This document shows positions 32,679-43,167 of a DNA stretch of 64,000 nucleotides, piece by piece. How positions within the stretch are numbered: the first letter of the stretch is position 1; each line of letters begins with the position of its first letter. Location of the stretch: contig CAWGBW010000004.1 in assembly GCA_963820895.1 (NCBI GenBank), positions 10,023-74,022 on the forward strand, written 5' to 3'. The stretch comes from an uncultured Acidobacteriota bacterium. GTDB taxonomy: Bacteria > Acidobacteriota > Terriglobia > Terriglobales > Acidobacteriaceae. The position numbers and the translations under genes were made by a program. The notes beneath the pieces are model-generated. The model saw only the letters and a list, made by a program, of their open reading frames with translations, ran no database searches and was not told where the DNA came from.

Positions 32679-33158
32679 CTATCTGTCATCTCCTGGATTT
32701 GTGACCATGATGTTCGCGCTTCCCGCGATCGGAGTTGCATCATAATCGGATACCGTGATGGTTTGATTGCCGGAGGTTACCAGTATGAGATTGGTGAAGG
32801 TGTGGGTTCCGGCATCCGCCGCGGTAAATTGGTAAAGCGTTGGGAGGACTGCAGCTTTGTCGGTTGTCGTGAAGTGTATGGGGCCATCCATCATTGTGTC
32901 GCGTTTGCCCGCAAACATTGCGGTCACGGTCACGCTAAATGGAGAGCCCGCTACGGCCGTCGCCGGAGCACTGACCTGAAGAGTTGCATGCGATGTACCA
33001 CAGCTGAGCGACCCGAGTCCAAACAGGGCGACGCCCACCGCGGACATCGATTGGATTGTACGTACATTAACGGGCATACATCCTGCCAAATTGCATTGGA
33101 ATCCGGCAAGGAAAAGCATGAAATACTGCTTTGCTTTCGCCACTTGATCGTCCCCCAT
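32679..33158 (-). CDS. Secreted Ig-like hypothetical protein (start uncertain)
   Basis: Signal peptide MSAVGVALFGLGSLSCG, then an all-beta T/S-rich domain. Confidence 0.5.
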   Translation of the reverse strand: MGDDQVAKAKQYFMLFLAGFQCNLAGCMPVNVRTIQSMSAVGVALFGLGSLSCGTSHATLQVSAPATAVAGSPFSVTVTAMFAGKRDTMMDGPIHFTTTDKAAVLPTLYQFTAADAGTHTFTNLILVTSGNQTITVSDYDATPIAGSANIMVTNPGDDR

Positions 33159-33269
33159 TGGCTGACGGCGCAGCCCGAGACTGCAGCGAACCAGGCTTTG
33201 AACGATCGATAAGATGCTAAAAAGCTCCGGAAAACTGCCATCAAAATTGAGGAACCCTGAACAGGGAAC

Positions 33270-34040
33270 TTAACTGACCGCCTTCTTATGAAACTGCCGC
33301 AAGCCAATCCATAGCAGCGCAACATCGAAGACCAGCAGCATCAGCAAGATGGCAACGGGCGAGAGGTGGGGGAACTGCGGAACCAGCGCTGCGCGCAAGC
33401 CTTCGCTGGCATAAACCAGCGGATTGATCAGAACAAGTTTTTGCAGGATAGGAAACGTGTTGAGCGCACTCCAGGGATAGTAGGCGCAGCCGAAGAAGAT
33501 CATCGGCGTGATGACCATCCCAAACATTAATCCGACGTGTTGCTGGTTGATGCTGCAACCGAGAGCGAGACCTCCGCACGCAGAGAAGATTGCAATGAGC
33601 ACAATGATCGTGATGAACTCCAATGGTTGCTTGATGCTGATATCGACGCCAGGTCGAAGCACCAGCCAGGCCATCGGTATCACGACCAAGCCGGCGACCA
33701 GAGCCTGCAGCATTCCCGCGATGACTTTCTCGATGGCGATCCACGAGATATCGATCGGAGCTAGAAGGCGGTCTTCAATTTCGCGAGTCCACTGAAATTC
33801 GGCGATCAGCGGCATGCATACAGCCCAGATCCCGGTGAATACCATGCTGATGGCGATGATGCCGGGCAATAGCAGGCTCTTGTAACTCGCCGGCATGTAC
33901 CCGCTGCCGACCATCACGCGTCCGAAGATGAAGACGAACAGTAACGGCTGCAGAAAAGTCTGAAAGAGCAGTTGCATGGCATTGCGACGCGCAACATGCG
34001 CATCGCGGGCCAGCATCGCAGTGAAAGCTTTCCAGTTCAA
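33270..34040 (-). CDS. ABC-2 type transporter permease
   Basis: 256-aa, 6-TM protein with a 4-bp overlap with the upstream ATPase gene. Confidence 0.85.
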   Translation of the reverse strand: MNWKAFTAMLARDAHVARRNAMQLLFQTFLQPLLFVFIFGRVMVGSGYMPASYKSLLLPGIIAISMVFTGIWAVCMPLIAEFQWTREIEDRLLAPIDISWIAIEKVIAGMLQALVAGLVVIPMAWLVLRPGVDISIKQPLEFITIIVLIAIFSACGGLALGCSINQQHVGLMFGMVITPMIFFGCAYYPWSALNTFPILQKLVLINPLVYASEGLRAALVPQFPHLSPVAILLMLLVFDVALLWIGLRQFHKKAVS

Positions 34041-35053
34041 TCGCGCAAACTCCTTCCCGTATGGTGCAGAAAAAGATTTTCCAGGCTGGGCTCGGAGATA
34101 TGTACGTCGCGAAGTTCCGCGCCCGGGGCAATCGCAACTGCGGCGACTTCAGGGATCAGCGAACCCCCGCGGTCGGCGTAGATGTCCGCGCCGGTTGAGT
34201 CCAAGCTCCTCACCTCACGCACACCAGCAAGTGCCTGCAGCCTTTCGAGCAGTTCCGGCGTCTGCTTGCCGAATTGCAGGCGCAGCAGAAATCCGCCGGG
34301 GATTGACTGCTTCAACTCGCCGGGCGTTCCGATTGAGATGACCTTCCCGTGATCGATGATGGCGAGCCGCTGGCAGAGAGCGTCGGCCTCTTCCATGTTG
34401 TGCGTCGTCAGCAGCACGGTTTTGCCAAGCTGGTTGTATTCGCGAATGATCTCCCACAGCAGGATGCGCGTTTGCGGATCAAGCCCGGCGCTCGGTTCGT
34501 CCAGGAAAAGAACTTGCGGATCGTGCATCATGGCCCGGGCGATCGAGAGCCGTTGCATCATGCCGCCGGAGAATCCGCGAACCATCTGATTCGCACGATC
34601 CGTCAGCTTGAATTTTTCCAGCAACAAGTCGGCGCGTTCAATGCGCTCCTTGGAGGCAATGCCGAAGTAGGCGGCGTGGAACCTGAGAATCTCACGGGCG
34701 GTCAAAGAGAAGTCGAGGGTCGGCCGCTGCGGAACCACTCCAATCAGGCGCTTCACCTTTGCCTGCTCCTGCCAGACTTCGTGGTTGCCGATCCATGCTT
34801 GCCCGCTGGTCGCGTGAACGCGCGTGGTCAGCACACCGACCGTCGTCGATTTGCCTGCGCCATTCGGCCCGAGCAAACCGAAGATTTCGCCGTGATTTAC
34901 TTCGAGCGTCAAGCCGTCAAGAGCAGTGATCTGGGGTTTGGCCGGCTTCGAATTTTTTGCGTCGGCGCGAGCGATGAATCCTCCCGCGGCTCCGAGTGGA
35001 GGCGCGGAGGTGAAGACCTTGCGTAAATCGAGCGTACGAATGCCGACGGCCAT
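34037..35053 (-). CDS. ABC transporter ATP-binding protein (DrrA/CcmA-like)
   Basis: Walker A GPNGAGKST, signature FSGGMMQRL, Walker B LFLDEP. Confidence 0.9.
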   Translation of the reverse strand: MAVGIRTLDLRKVFTSAPPLGAAGGFIARADAKNSKPAKPQITALDGLTLEVNHGEIFGLLGPNGAGKSTTVGVLTTRVHATSGQAWIGNHEVWQEQAKVKRLIGVVPQRPTLDFSLTAREILRFHAAYFGIASKERIERADLLLEKFKLTDRANQMVRGFSGGMMQRLSIARAMMHDPQVLFLDEPSAGLDPQTRILLWEIIREYNQLGKTVLLTTHNMEEADALCQRLAIIDHGKVISIGTPGELKQSIPGGFLLRLQFGKQTPELLERLQALAGVREVRSLDSTGADIYADRGGSLIPEVAAVAIAPGAELRDVHISEPSLENLFLHHTGRSLRD

Positions 35054-35247
35054 TTGAGTCTCAGGAGTACTGCTGAAGTTTTTGAAGTATAACGCAGTAG
35101 ACTCCGGGAAAGTTACGGCGCGCGCCCGCTTGTTGCAACTGGTTTATGGTAAAAGAAAGCGGCTGCAAGTTTTTCGAATTGCAACATTCCTTAGCTGTGA
35201 TGAATCTGTACTGCGGCAGCAAGTTCTGAGTTGGAGCGCGGGAACGA

Positions 35248-36012
35248 ATGGGGAAATCTTTGCAATTCGATCGCCTGTTGCCCGTGATCGTCCTTTCAAT
35301 ACTTGCGATCGCGACCCTCGGCTGCCAGTTAGCCACTGTCGATGCGGCAAGCGAGCAAAGCCAGCAATCTCAAGATCCCAGCCCCGAGGCCCAGCAGACT
35401 CCGCCAAGCGAATCGTCGGTCGTCATCGAGACGCCGTCGGAACTGGTGGAGACCTATCCCCGGGCCAATTACGAATTTCAGTTCCAGGCCCACGGCGGCG
35501 TGCCGACGCTTCATTGGAAGCTGGAAAAAGGCGCATTGCCTCCCGGACTGAGGCTCGAGGAAAACGGTTTGCTCCGTGGACAACCCGAGCGTACTGGCGA
35601 TTTCAATTTCACCTTGTCCGTGCACGACTCGAACAATCCGCCGAAATCGGCCCAAAAAGGATTTGTTCTGCGTGTGCATGCCGCACTCAGTCTCGTCTGG
35701 AAGACGGTCGCGCATGTCAGCGGCAGCCGGATCGAGGGCAGCGTCGCGGTGTCGAACACTACGGGCGACGATCTGGATTTGACGTTTGTGGTCATGGCTG
35801 TTGCTCCGAATGGCAGGGCGACAGCGATCGGGTACCAGCACTACGACCTGCGACCAGGGACGATCGGAATGGAACTGCCTTTCGGCGAAAACCTGCCTCA
35901 CGGGGAGTACGTCGTCCACGTCGACGCCGTCGGCGAGATGGCGCCGAAGAACCTTATTTATCGCCAGCGCCTGCAGACGCCGGCACCCCTCCAGATCGCG
36001 GTAGGCCCATAA
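35248..36012 (+). CDS. Secreted protein with a putative Ig (He_PIG/cadherin-like) domain
   Basis: Signal peptide. YEFQFQAHGGVPTLHWKLEKGALPPGLRLEENGLLRGQP is typical of the putative Ig domain family. Confidence 0.7.
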   Translation: MGKSLQFDRLLPVIVLSILAIATLGCQLATVDAASEQSQQSQDPSPEAQQTPPSESSVVIETPSELVETYPRANYEFQFQAHGGVPTLHWKLEKGALPPGLRLEENGLLRGQPERTGDFNFTLSVHDSNNPPKSAQKGFVLRVHAALSLVWKTVAHVSGSRIEGSVAVSNTTGDDLDLTFVVMAVAPNGRATAIGYQHYDLRPGTIGMELPFGENLPHGEYVVHVDAVGEMAPKNLIYRQRLQTPAPLQIAVGP

Positions 36013-36055
36013 TCCGCAGGCGTGGCTCCGAATCCAATGACCGTCACAACTTCTG

Positions 36056-36069
36056 GTGATCCAGATCAC
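36056..36069. promoter_or_regulatory. CRP/FNR-type palindrome
   Basis: GTGAT-CCAG-ATCAC (compare TTGAT-N4-ATCAA and TGTGA-N6-TCACA), about 215 bp upstream of the Crp/Fnr gene. Confidence 0.35.
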
Positions 36070-36281
36070 GCAGCCTTGTGCGGGAAATAACCCAAAAGAG
36101 TTGTCGTTTTATGCAAGTGCCACCCGCCGTGATCATTTGAGCCCTGTCAACCCTTGTCTTATCAAACACTTGCAGATTCGGGAATGAAACGCACAGGGCG
36201 GTCCACGTTGGCTCACAACTTGCCATATCCCAGGTGTGGGCTGAGGCGAACCGCCACAAAAGCTCGATAGGCTGTCGCCTG

Positions 36282-37010
36282 ATGGAGGATACGATGCGTG
36301 CTCCTTACGGACTTAATATCCTGGATAACTGCTTGTCGTGCCCGGTGCGAGGTGAGCACCTGTTTTGCAATACATCTCCGCAGGCTGGACAGCGCCTCAA
36401 TGACATTAAGTCGACGGCCGTCTATCCGAAGGGCACCATGCTCTTTATTGAAGGACAGCAGCCCCGTGGTGTCTTCGTGTTGTGCGTGGGAAAGGCAAAA
36501 CTGTCGACGTCGTCTCGGGAAGGGAAGACTATCATCACGAAGATTTGCGAGTCGGGCGACGTTCTTGGACTGAACGCCGTGATCTCCAATCGCCCGTACG
36601 AGGTAACCGCCGAGATGATGGAACCCGGCCAGGCCAACTTTATCCCGCGCGATTCCTTCCAGCACTTTCTTAAGGACTTTCCTGAGGTAGCGGTCCGCGT
36701 GGCGCAGCAGTTGAGCAGGAATTATTTCACTGCCTACGAAGAAATCCGCACCCTGGGACTCTCCGCGTCGCCGTCCGAGAAATTCGCAAAGCTCTTGTTG
36801 TCATGGTCGGCGAAGACCATCCAGGATGACGGATCCTCTCAGGTGAAGCTGACACTTACTCACGAGGAGATCGCCGAGATCATCGGCACGACCCGCGAGA
36901 CCGTCAGCCGGCTGTTCTCCGAATTCAAGAAGAAGCAGTTGATGCAGTTGAAGGGCGCCACCCTGGTGATTCGCAGCCGCGTCGCCCTCGAACGGATTGT
37001 GCAGTCGTAG
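36282..37010 (+). CDS. Crp/Fnr family transcriptional regulator
   Basis: cNMP-binding-like barrel plus the C-terminal HTH (THEEIAEIIGTTRETVSRL). The N-terminal segment CLSCPVRGEHLFC contains cysteines. Confidence 0.85.
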   Translation: MEDTMRAPYGLNILDNCLSCPVRGEHLFCNTSPQAGQRLNDIKSTAVYPKGTMLFIEGQQPRGVFVLCVGKAKLSTSSREGKTIITKICESGDVLGLNAVISNRPYEVTAEMMEPGQANFIPRDSFQHFLKDFPEVAVRVAQQLSRNYFTAYEEIRTLGLSASPSEKFAKLLLSWSAKTIQDDGSSQVKLTLTHEEIAEIIGTTRETVSRLFSEFKKKQLMQLKGATLVIRSRVALERIVQS

Positions 37011-37016
37011 TCGAGT

Positions 37017-38357
37017 TCAGCTTCTGGCTATCTGAAGGACGATGACACGATCGATTTCATCTTTACCAGCAGTCGGAACGTGCAAAACAAGGCCTTCCCC
37101 CGTCTGATTGAACTCGATCGATTGGTTGTCGAGCAGGGAATGGGCCGCAACGATCTTGCCTTGCATCGGTGGTAAGGCGAGCAACGGAGCGGCCCAGTTC
37201 AGAACGTGAACGTAGACATTGTCGCCCTTCTGCGTGGTGACGCCCCAGTCTGCAGGAGCCATCGGCCCGCCGCGAGTTCCATAAATCGATTCGCCGTACT
37301 TGGAGAGCCAGCTTCCGATCGCTTGCAGCCGCATGACGAATTGCGGGTCAATCTCGCCGTTTGGATACGGCCCGATGTTCATCAATAGATTCGAATTATT
37401 CCCGGCGGTTCGCACCAGCCGGCGCACCAGGTCCGGACCGCTCTTGTAGTTGCTGTCGCCGATGTTGAATCCCCAGTTATCGTTGAGCGTGTCGCAGCTT
37501 TCGAGAGGTAGTTGGTTGCTGACGTAATTGGTATTGAAGCCCGCCGTATTCTGACCGGGAAGATCGCGTTCAAAGGTTTGAACGTCTTCTCCGGGACGCG
37601 GCGTCTGGTGATGATTCGGAATGATCAACGCGGCTGGCTGTAGTTTGTGAATCAGAGCGTAGGTCTTGTCGAGATGCCAGTCGCCGTCTGGTTTGTCCCA
37701 CATACCGTCGAACCAGATTCCGCCGATCGGACCATAGTTCGTAAGAAGCTCGGTGAGTTGTCCGTCCATGTATTTGTCGAGGTAGGCATTAAAGTCGCCG
37801 TGGTCGGGCCGGCCGTTCTTCCAGTCCGTCGCGCCGCGCGGGTAGTAGTCGGGATTGTGCCAGTCGAGTTGCGAGTAGTAAAAGAAAAGCTTGATGCCCT
37901 GGCGATGACATTCTTCCGCGAGCATCTTCAGCGGATCTTTCTTGTACGGCGTGCGCTGGACGATGTTCCAGTCGGAGATCTTGGAATCGAACATCGCGAA
38001 GCCGTCGTGATGGCGCGAAGTGATCGTGATGTACTTCATGCCCGCGGCTTTGGCGAGGGAGACCCAGGCCTTGGCGTCGAATTTTTCAGGATCGAAGAAC
38101 ATCGGCAGCCGGTTGTACTCGTCGACCTTCATTTTGCGATTATGGAAGACCCATTCGCCATCGCCGAGCACGCTGTACACGCCCCAGTGAACGAACATGC
38201 CGAATTTCATGTCCTGGAACTCGCGGCGGGCTGCGATGTTCTCCGCCGAAGGCTGGTATTCACTCTGCGCGGCAACTCTGATAGAAAATAGGGCGCCGCA
38301 AACAATCGTCAGCAACAAAAAGCAGTCTGCCAGGGATGAACGTCTTCGAATGAACAT
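37017..38357 (-). CDS. Alpha-L-fucosidase (GH29)
   Basis: FGMFVHWGVYS, HHDGFAMFDS and YYSQLDWH, which are canonical GH29 motifs. Confidence 0.9.
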   Translation of the reverse strand: MFIRRRSSLADCFLLLTIVCGALFSIRVAAQSEYQPSAENIAARREFQDMKFGMFVHWGVYSVLGDGEWVFHNRKMKVDEYNRLPMFFDPEKFDAKAWVSLAKAAGMKYITITSRHHDGFAMFDSKISDWNIVQRTPYKKDPLKMLAEECHRQGIKLFFYYSQLDWHNPDYYPRGATDWKNGRPDHGDFNAYLDKYMDGQLTELLTNYGPIGGIWFDGMWDKPDGDWHLDKTYALIHKLQPAALIIPNHHQTPRPGEDVQTFERDLPGQNTAGFNTNYVSNQLPLESCDTLNDNWGFNIGDSNYKSGPDLVRRLVRTAGNNSNLLMNIGPYPNGEIDPQFVMRLQAIGSWLSKYGESIYGTRGGPMAPADWGVTTQKGDNVYVHVLNWAAPLLALPPMQGKIVAAHSLLDNQSIEFNQTGEGLVLHVPTAGKDEIDRVIVLQIARS

Positions 38358-38634
38358 GCACGGACCTCGTCGGCTGTGTGGATGACCAGCGATTCTACGA
38401 CAAGCCGGTTGATTTTGTAGACGGAGTCAGAAGGTCACCCACACTCATGCGGCGATGGTGAAGGAATTAAGATGGATGCATCAAGAAGACAGCAACTCTT
38501 CACCCCGTGATGTGTTTTGTCTGACGGTGGCTCATACCGAATACGCTCTATTGTGACCCGGAGAGACCGGGGTTCAGTCCAGACACGGATGCAAACACGC
38601 AAAAACCAAGGATGGAAAGCGGGGGTTCAAGGCC

Positions 38635-40572
38635 GTGCTCGTGGCGCTGGCTGTCACGCTAGCCGGCTGCGGAGGCAGTTCGTCCAAGACACCCGCGTCA
38701 GGGGCGACCTTGGCCTCAGTGCTTATCGCGCCAGCCGCTCCATTTCTCGCGGTCGGATCAACCAAGCAATTCGCGGCGACCGCCACCTATAGCGACAACT
38801 CCACCAAAGACGTTACTGCTTCCGCGACTTGGTCGTCGTCGAACGCGACCGTCGCATCGATCGAGACCGCCGGACAGGCCGCCCCCGGCCTGGCAACCGG
38901 AATGGCCTCAGGAACCGCGACCGTCTCCGCCTCATTTAGTGGAATGATGGGCTCGACTCTGACTGTTACGACGTCGGCAGTAGTCACATCCGTCTCGATG
39001 TCGCCGACAGCGGTCACAGTCGGGGTCGGCGCCGCCACGCAATTCAGCGCCGTTGCGGGATACAGTGACGGCTCCAGCAAGAACGTAACCACGCTGGCCA
39101 CTTGGACCTCCACCGACCCGACTGTCGTATCGATCGAATCGACTGGGCAAACGGCTCCCGGCATGGCCGCGGCTGTATCCCCGGGCGACGTAAACATCAC
39201 CGTCTCGTATGGCGGAGTGAACGCTGTCACAACCCTCAATGTTGTCACCACGACGGGCAACCTGACCGAATTCTTCATTACGCAGTTGAATCCTTCCATC
39301 GCTCCCGGCGCGACGCTGCAATTGTTCGGCAACGCCATCTACAGCGACGGTTCGAATCAATGGGTGACCGACACCACGCACTGGACTTCATCGAACCCCG
39401 CCGTGGCAACAATTGCGGACCAGGGAGCGGCTTCTCCTGGATTGATAACCGCGGGATCGACCACCGGGACGACAACCATCACCGGAAGTTTCGGCGGTTT
39501 GCAACACACGACGACCATCACAGTGGTCGCGAATGCCGTGCCCATTGATCTGATGGACATGGCTGCTTCCGATAATTATCTGCACTTCCAGGGCGGCCTG
39601 TACGAAAACAGCAGCGATGCCGTGCCGAGTGATCATGATGCGGCGGGACTCGCGGCTGCGTCGGCGACTCAGCCGCTCGATAAAAATGGAAATCCCAGTG
39701 CAGCAGGTGCCGTCGTTTTCCTCGGCATTGGCATGTCGAACGCTACGGAAGAATTCAGCGCCTTCATCAATACTGCTTCCACGAGTTCGGCCGTGAATCA
39801 CGCGACGCTGGCCATCGAGAATGGAGCCTCTGCCGCCGAAACTGCCTGCTATTGGACCGTCGCGCAGGGGCAGACCGGCAGCGCTTGCCCGTTGGCCAAA
39901 GGCGGTCTGCTCGATAACCAGTACGATCGGGTTCGCGACTCAGTTCTTGCTACGGCGACTACTGCCCCCTCCGCGCCGCCGGGATGTGGAGGTCCGCCTG
40001 CAACTCCTTGCCTCACGGAGAAGCAAGTGGAGGTGCTGTGGATCAAGAATGCGAATCCGCGGCCCGGAGTCGAAAATGAGCGGACGTTGTGCGACGCGAA
40101 CGTTTCCGGTTGTGTGAACGACATCGGTACCGAAGCCATCAATTACGAAGCGCAGCTTGCGCAAACCATTCGTGCTGCCAAGTCACGATATCCGAATCTG
40201 AAGCAGGTCTTTTTGTCGACGCGCATCTATGCCGGGTACGCACTCGATGGCCTGAACCCCGAGCCCTACGCCTACGAATATGGATATTCGGCGAAGTGGC
40301 TGGTCCAGGCGCAGGTTCTCCAGATCAGAAACGGAACCATCGATCCGATCGCGGGCGACATGAACTACTCGAATGGCACCGCGGCATGGACTGCGTGGGG
40401 AACTTACCTCTGGGCCGATGGGCTCATTCCTCGCTCTGACAATCTCATCTGGGTGCAATCCGATTTCGGTCTGGACGGAACGCATCCCGACTCCCAGGGA
40501 GTTACGAAGGTCGTCAATCTGCTGATGAACTTCTATACGACCTCGCCCTATACTCCGTGGTTCCGGCCCTGA
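38635..40572 (+). CDS. Lipoprotein with four Big_2 Ig-like repeats and a ~330-aa C-terminal domain of unknown function
   Basis: LAGCGG lipobox. Repeats of the form ...ATYSDGSSKDVT..ATWSSSNPAVATI...G.ATG...G.ATITAS. Confidence 0.75.
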   Translation: MLVALAVTLAGCGGSSSKTPASGATLASVLIAPAAPFLAVGSTKQFAATATYSDNSTKDVTASATWSSSNATVASIETAGQAAPGLATGMASGTATVSASFSGMMGSTLTVTTSAVVTSVSMSPTAVTVGVGAATQFSAVAGYSDGSSKNVTTLATWTSTDPTVVSIESTGQTAPGMAAAVSPGDVNITVSYGGVNAVTTLNVVTTTGNLTEFFITQLNPSIAPGATLQLFGNAIYSDGSNQWVTDTTHWTSSNPAVATIADQGAASPGLITAGSTTGTTTITGSFGGLQHTTTITVVANAVPIDLMDMAASDNYLHFQGGLYENSSDAVPSDHDAAGLAAASATQPLDKNGNPSAAGAVVFLGIGMSNATEEFSAFINTASTSSAVNHATLAIENGASAAETACYWTVAQGQTGSACPLAKGGLLDNQYDRVRDSVLATATTAPSAPPGCGGPPATPCLTEKQVEVLWIKNANPRPGVENERTLCDANVSGCVNDIGTEAINYEAQLAQTIRAAKSRYPNLKQVFLSTRIYAGYALDGLNPEPYAYEYGYSAKWLVQAQVLQIRNGTIDPIAGDMNYSNGTAAWTAWGTYLWADGLIPRSDNLIWVQSDFGLDGTHPDSQGVTKVVNLLMNFYTTSPYTPWFRP

Positions 40573-40649
40573 CCTGCGATCGATGAGTTGTTGAAATTTA
40601 GCGGTACTCTTCCTCGCACCAAATAGACAGCTCTACTGGAGTCTGAATC

Positions 40650-41039
40650 GTGATAACCGGAAATGGTTTAATCCAGATACCGAGCCGCCATTCATTGAAC
40701 GAAACGATGGATCGGCTTCAGAACGCATTTGCCGAAAAAGGTTTGCGAGTCTTTGCTGTGATCGATCACAGCGGCGAGGCCGAAAAAGTCGGCCTCTCGA
40801 TGCAGCCGACCAAACTCCTGATCTTCGGCAATCCTAAAGGAGGCACACCGCCCATGCTAGCCTCGCCCTCTCTCGCGATCGACCTTCCATTGAAGGCGCT
40901 GGTGGCAGAGGACACTGCGGGAAGAGTTTCGGTGACGTTTAACAGTCCGGAGTATTTGCAGGCGAGACACGGGGTTTCGCCCGAACTGATCAGGAATCTT
41001 GTCGGCGCGGGAGCGGTGATCGCGAAGGCTGTGGAATAA
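40650..41039 (+). CDS. DUF302 domain protein
   Basis: VFAVIDHSGEA...LLIFGNPKGGTP...DLPLKALV pattern. Confidence 0.8.
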   Translation: MITGNGLIQIPSRHSLNETMDRLQNAFAEKGLRVFAVIDHSGEAEKVGLSMQPTKLLIFGNPKGGTPPMLASPSLAIDLPLKALVAEDTAGRVSVTFNSPEYLQARHGVSPELIRNLVGAGAVIAKAVE

Positions 41040-41048
41040 TGCTGCGTC

Positions 41049-41438
41049 ATGGCAGACCAGATTCTCAATCCCAATCGGGCCCGCGATCACCTCGCTAACG
41101 AGCGGACATTTCTTGCCTGGGTGCGCACCGGCGCCGCCATCGTTGTCTTTGGTTTTGCCATCGGACGGTTTTCCATTGCCATGCGGCAATTGACCGCCCT
41201 CAGTGGACATCCCGTGCGCACCATCGGTTTCTCGGTTTGGATGGGCGCGAGTTCGATCATCGCCGGAGTTCTGCTGGTGCTTGCAGGTCTGGTGCGCTAT
41301 CGCAAGACAAAAGTCCAACTTGATGAAGGAAGGTTCGAGCCCGCGGGATTCATCCTCGACCTGATTACTATTCTCACAGTACTGTTCGGCATCGTCCTGG
41401 CCGGCTATTTGATTTACGCCGAACAGATGCTGGGCTGA
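41049..41438 (+). CDS. DUF202 (YidH-like) membrane protein
   Basis: LANERTFLAWVRTG motif plus 3 TM segments. Confidence 0.8.
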   Translation: MADQILNPNRARDHLANERTFLAWVRTGAAIVVFGFAIGRFSIAMRQLTALSGHPVRTIGFSVWMGASSIIAGVLLVLAGLVRYRKTKVQLDEGRFEPAGFILDLITILTVLFGIVLAGYLIYAEQMLG

Positions 41439-41572
41439 GATGTACGCCTGGCGAAGCGTTTCGAGGCCAAATCTTCCAATCAAACTCTTTTCCCACATAC
41501 CTCCATTTTGAAATCCCGGGCATCTCAATCTTGAGAAGCCAATATTCTTTGGCGGAGCGATCTAGGCATATT

Positions 41573-41869
41573 ATGAACACCATTCTCAAAACGATTTTGT
41601 TTCTTGGGCTTGCAGCCGCGCTGCTGTTCTTGCCCATGTCGGCTGCCGCCGATGAGAACGTCCTGGATCCGCCTACGGTTGCTCTGGCGGCCAGCGCTAC
41701 CATTTCCTTGAATTCCCGGGGCACGGCACAGTGCCCTGTACATGGAATATCCGTCGCCACCGTCGTTCCACGCCCGGTCTTGTTGCGCGAGACGGTGGAG
41801 CGCATCGCGACTGTTGTACCGAACGACGGACGCTCCACGCTCCTTTCCTCCTGCTTGCTTCGCTGCTAA
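41573..41869 (+). CDS. Small secreted hypothetical protein
   Basis: ORF trimmed to the ATG at 41573. Signal peptide MNTILKTILFLGLAAALLFLPMSAAA. Confidence 0.4.
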   Translation: MNTILKTILFLGLAAALLFLPMSAAADENVLDPPTVALAASATISLNSRGTAQCPVHGISVATVVPRPVLLRETVERIATVVPNDGRSTLLSSCLLRC

Positions 41870-41969
41870 CCTGCGCTCCTTTTCCAGATAGCCATTGCCG
41901 TCAATCGCTCCGCGTCCAATCTCGCCGGAGGAAACCGCAATCTTCACGTTAAGGAAGGAGCAATGTCCT

Positions 41970-42212
41970 ATGTCACGCACAGCCAGGCGGTGGTCTGACC
42001 TCTATCGAGATGCCATTCTCGAATCAGACCCGGATAGGTTGCATGCCCGTATTGACGAGGCAAGCAGCGCAATTCAAAGCCGTTCCAGAGAGTTGTGGTA
42101 TGCGGGGTCGACCGAAACTCGGGAGAGACGCGATTTGGATTCGGCTCTCCACTTTCTGAAGCTGCTCAAGGTAGTCGGCGTCGCGGAAGAGAGCCGTCAA
42201 CCCCAGCGCTAG
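41970..42212 (+). CDS. Small helical hypothetical protein
   Basis: ORF trimmed to the ATG at 41970, after GGAAGGAG. Confidence 0.45.
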   Translation: MSRTARRWSDLYRDAILESDPDRLHARIDEASSAIQSRSRELWYAGSTETRERRDLDSALHFLKLLKVVGVAEESRQPQR

Positions 42213-42332
42213 CGTCGTCGCGTTGATCAAAGTGTGCCAGAGGCATTCTGGGTTCGCGCCTCTGTCCGCCCGGTGATCGACTGCGACGCTTTCGAAACCG
42301 CGAACCCACAGCTAACAAACAGGAGAAATCAT

Positions 42333-42900
42333 ATGTTGTTCAAAAAGAACTCCATCACCTCAGGATCTATCGTGACCGTATTGCTCGTTGTCATGCTCGC
42401 TGCGGCTGCATTCGCCGACAGTCCAATGAAGACTGCCGCTGCGCAGCGAAAGGTGGCGGATCACCTCGAGAATTTCAAAACCTCAGCCATCGCGTTGCGC
42501 CACGAGGCCGACACTCTCCAGGCACCGGGGACTCGTCGCTTAACCTGGCAGACGCAAAACCAGTACCTGGGGAACATTAAGAACTCACGTGAACAAGATG
42601 GGCAAGACGCTGGCAGAACTGGAAGCCTTGAAGCCGATGGCGAACCAGACTCAGGCATTGGCGATTGAGCATTCCAGAACTCACCTGGTATCGGTCGCGG
42701 AGAACGCCACGCGTGCTCTCGACCTCATCCGGGAAAACCGCAGCAGCGTTCAGTTCAACGAGTTCGGCGAAGCAGTGAACGATATTCGCGTTCATGCCGA
42801 GGCGTTGCACACGAAACTGGATACGATCCTCGATTTCGAGGACGCGCGTATCCGTCTTGATGCTCTGGATCTGCCCACCACGTCGACCGAAGGTAGCTAA
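42333..42900 (+). pseudogene. Secreted helical protein split by a +1 frameshift near 42582-42589
   Basis: The ATG at 42333 (SD AGGAG) is followed by a signal peptide. That frame ends in low-complexity junk, while the +1 frame continues as ..HVNKMGKTLAELEALKPMANQ... to 42900. Confidence 0.5.
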
Positions 42901-43167
42901 CCTCGGCAGCAGGTCCAGTCTCCGCAGGGAAGGCGGCACTTCGTACACAGCAGCAGCGGCTGTGCGCGAGGTGGAGGAGCCTTCCCTGTGGTTTCACCTT
43001 TTGGCGCGCGACTAACCCCCTGAAGCGCTGCTTCACTTTCTCTCCGAGCCCGAACCGTCGTTTTCGTCTCCGGTTTTCACTCCTGTGGGCTACAATGCTC
43101 ACGTCAAACCAGCCTCCCCATGGCCTTTTTGATCGAGGCTTGCTGATAGTGTGGTTCCATTCCTGGA

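Noticed and set aside
35082-36069. ORFs 35082..36059 (+) and 35329..36069 (-) overlapping 35248..36012
   Set aside because: They are Arg-rich alternative frames. The 254-aa frame has a signal peptide and an Ig-like domain motif.
37647-38291. 214-aa plus-strand ORF opposite the fucosidase gene
   Set aside because: It is antisense to a gene with canonical GH29 motifs.
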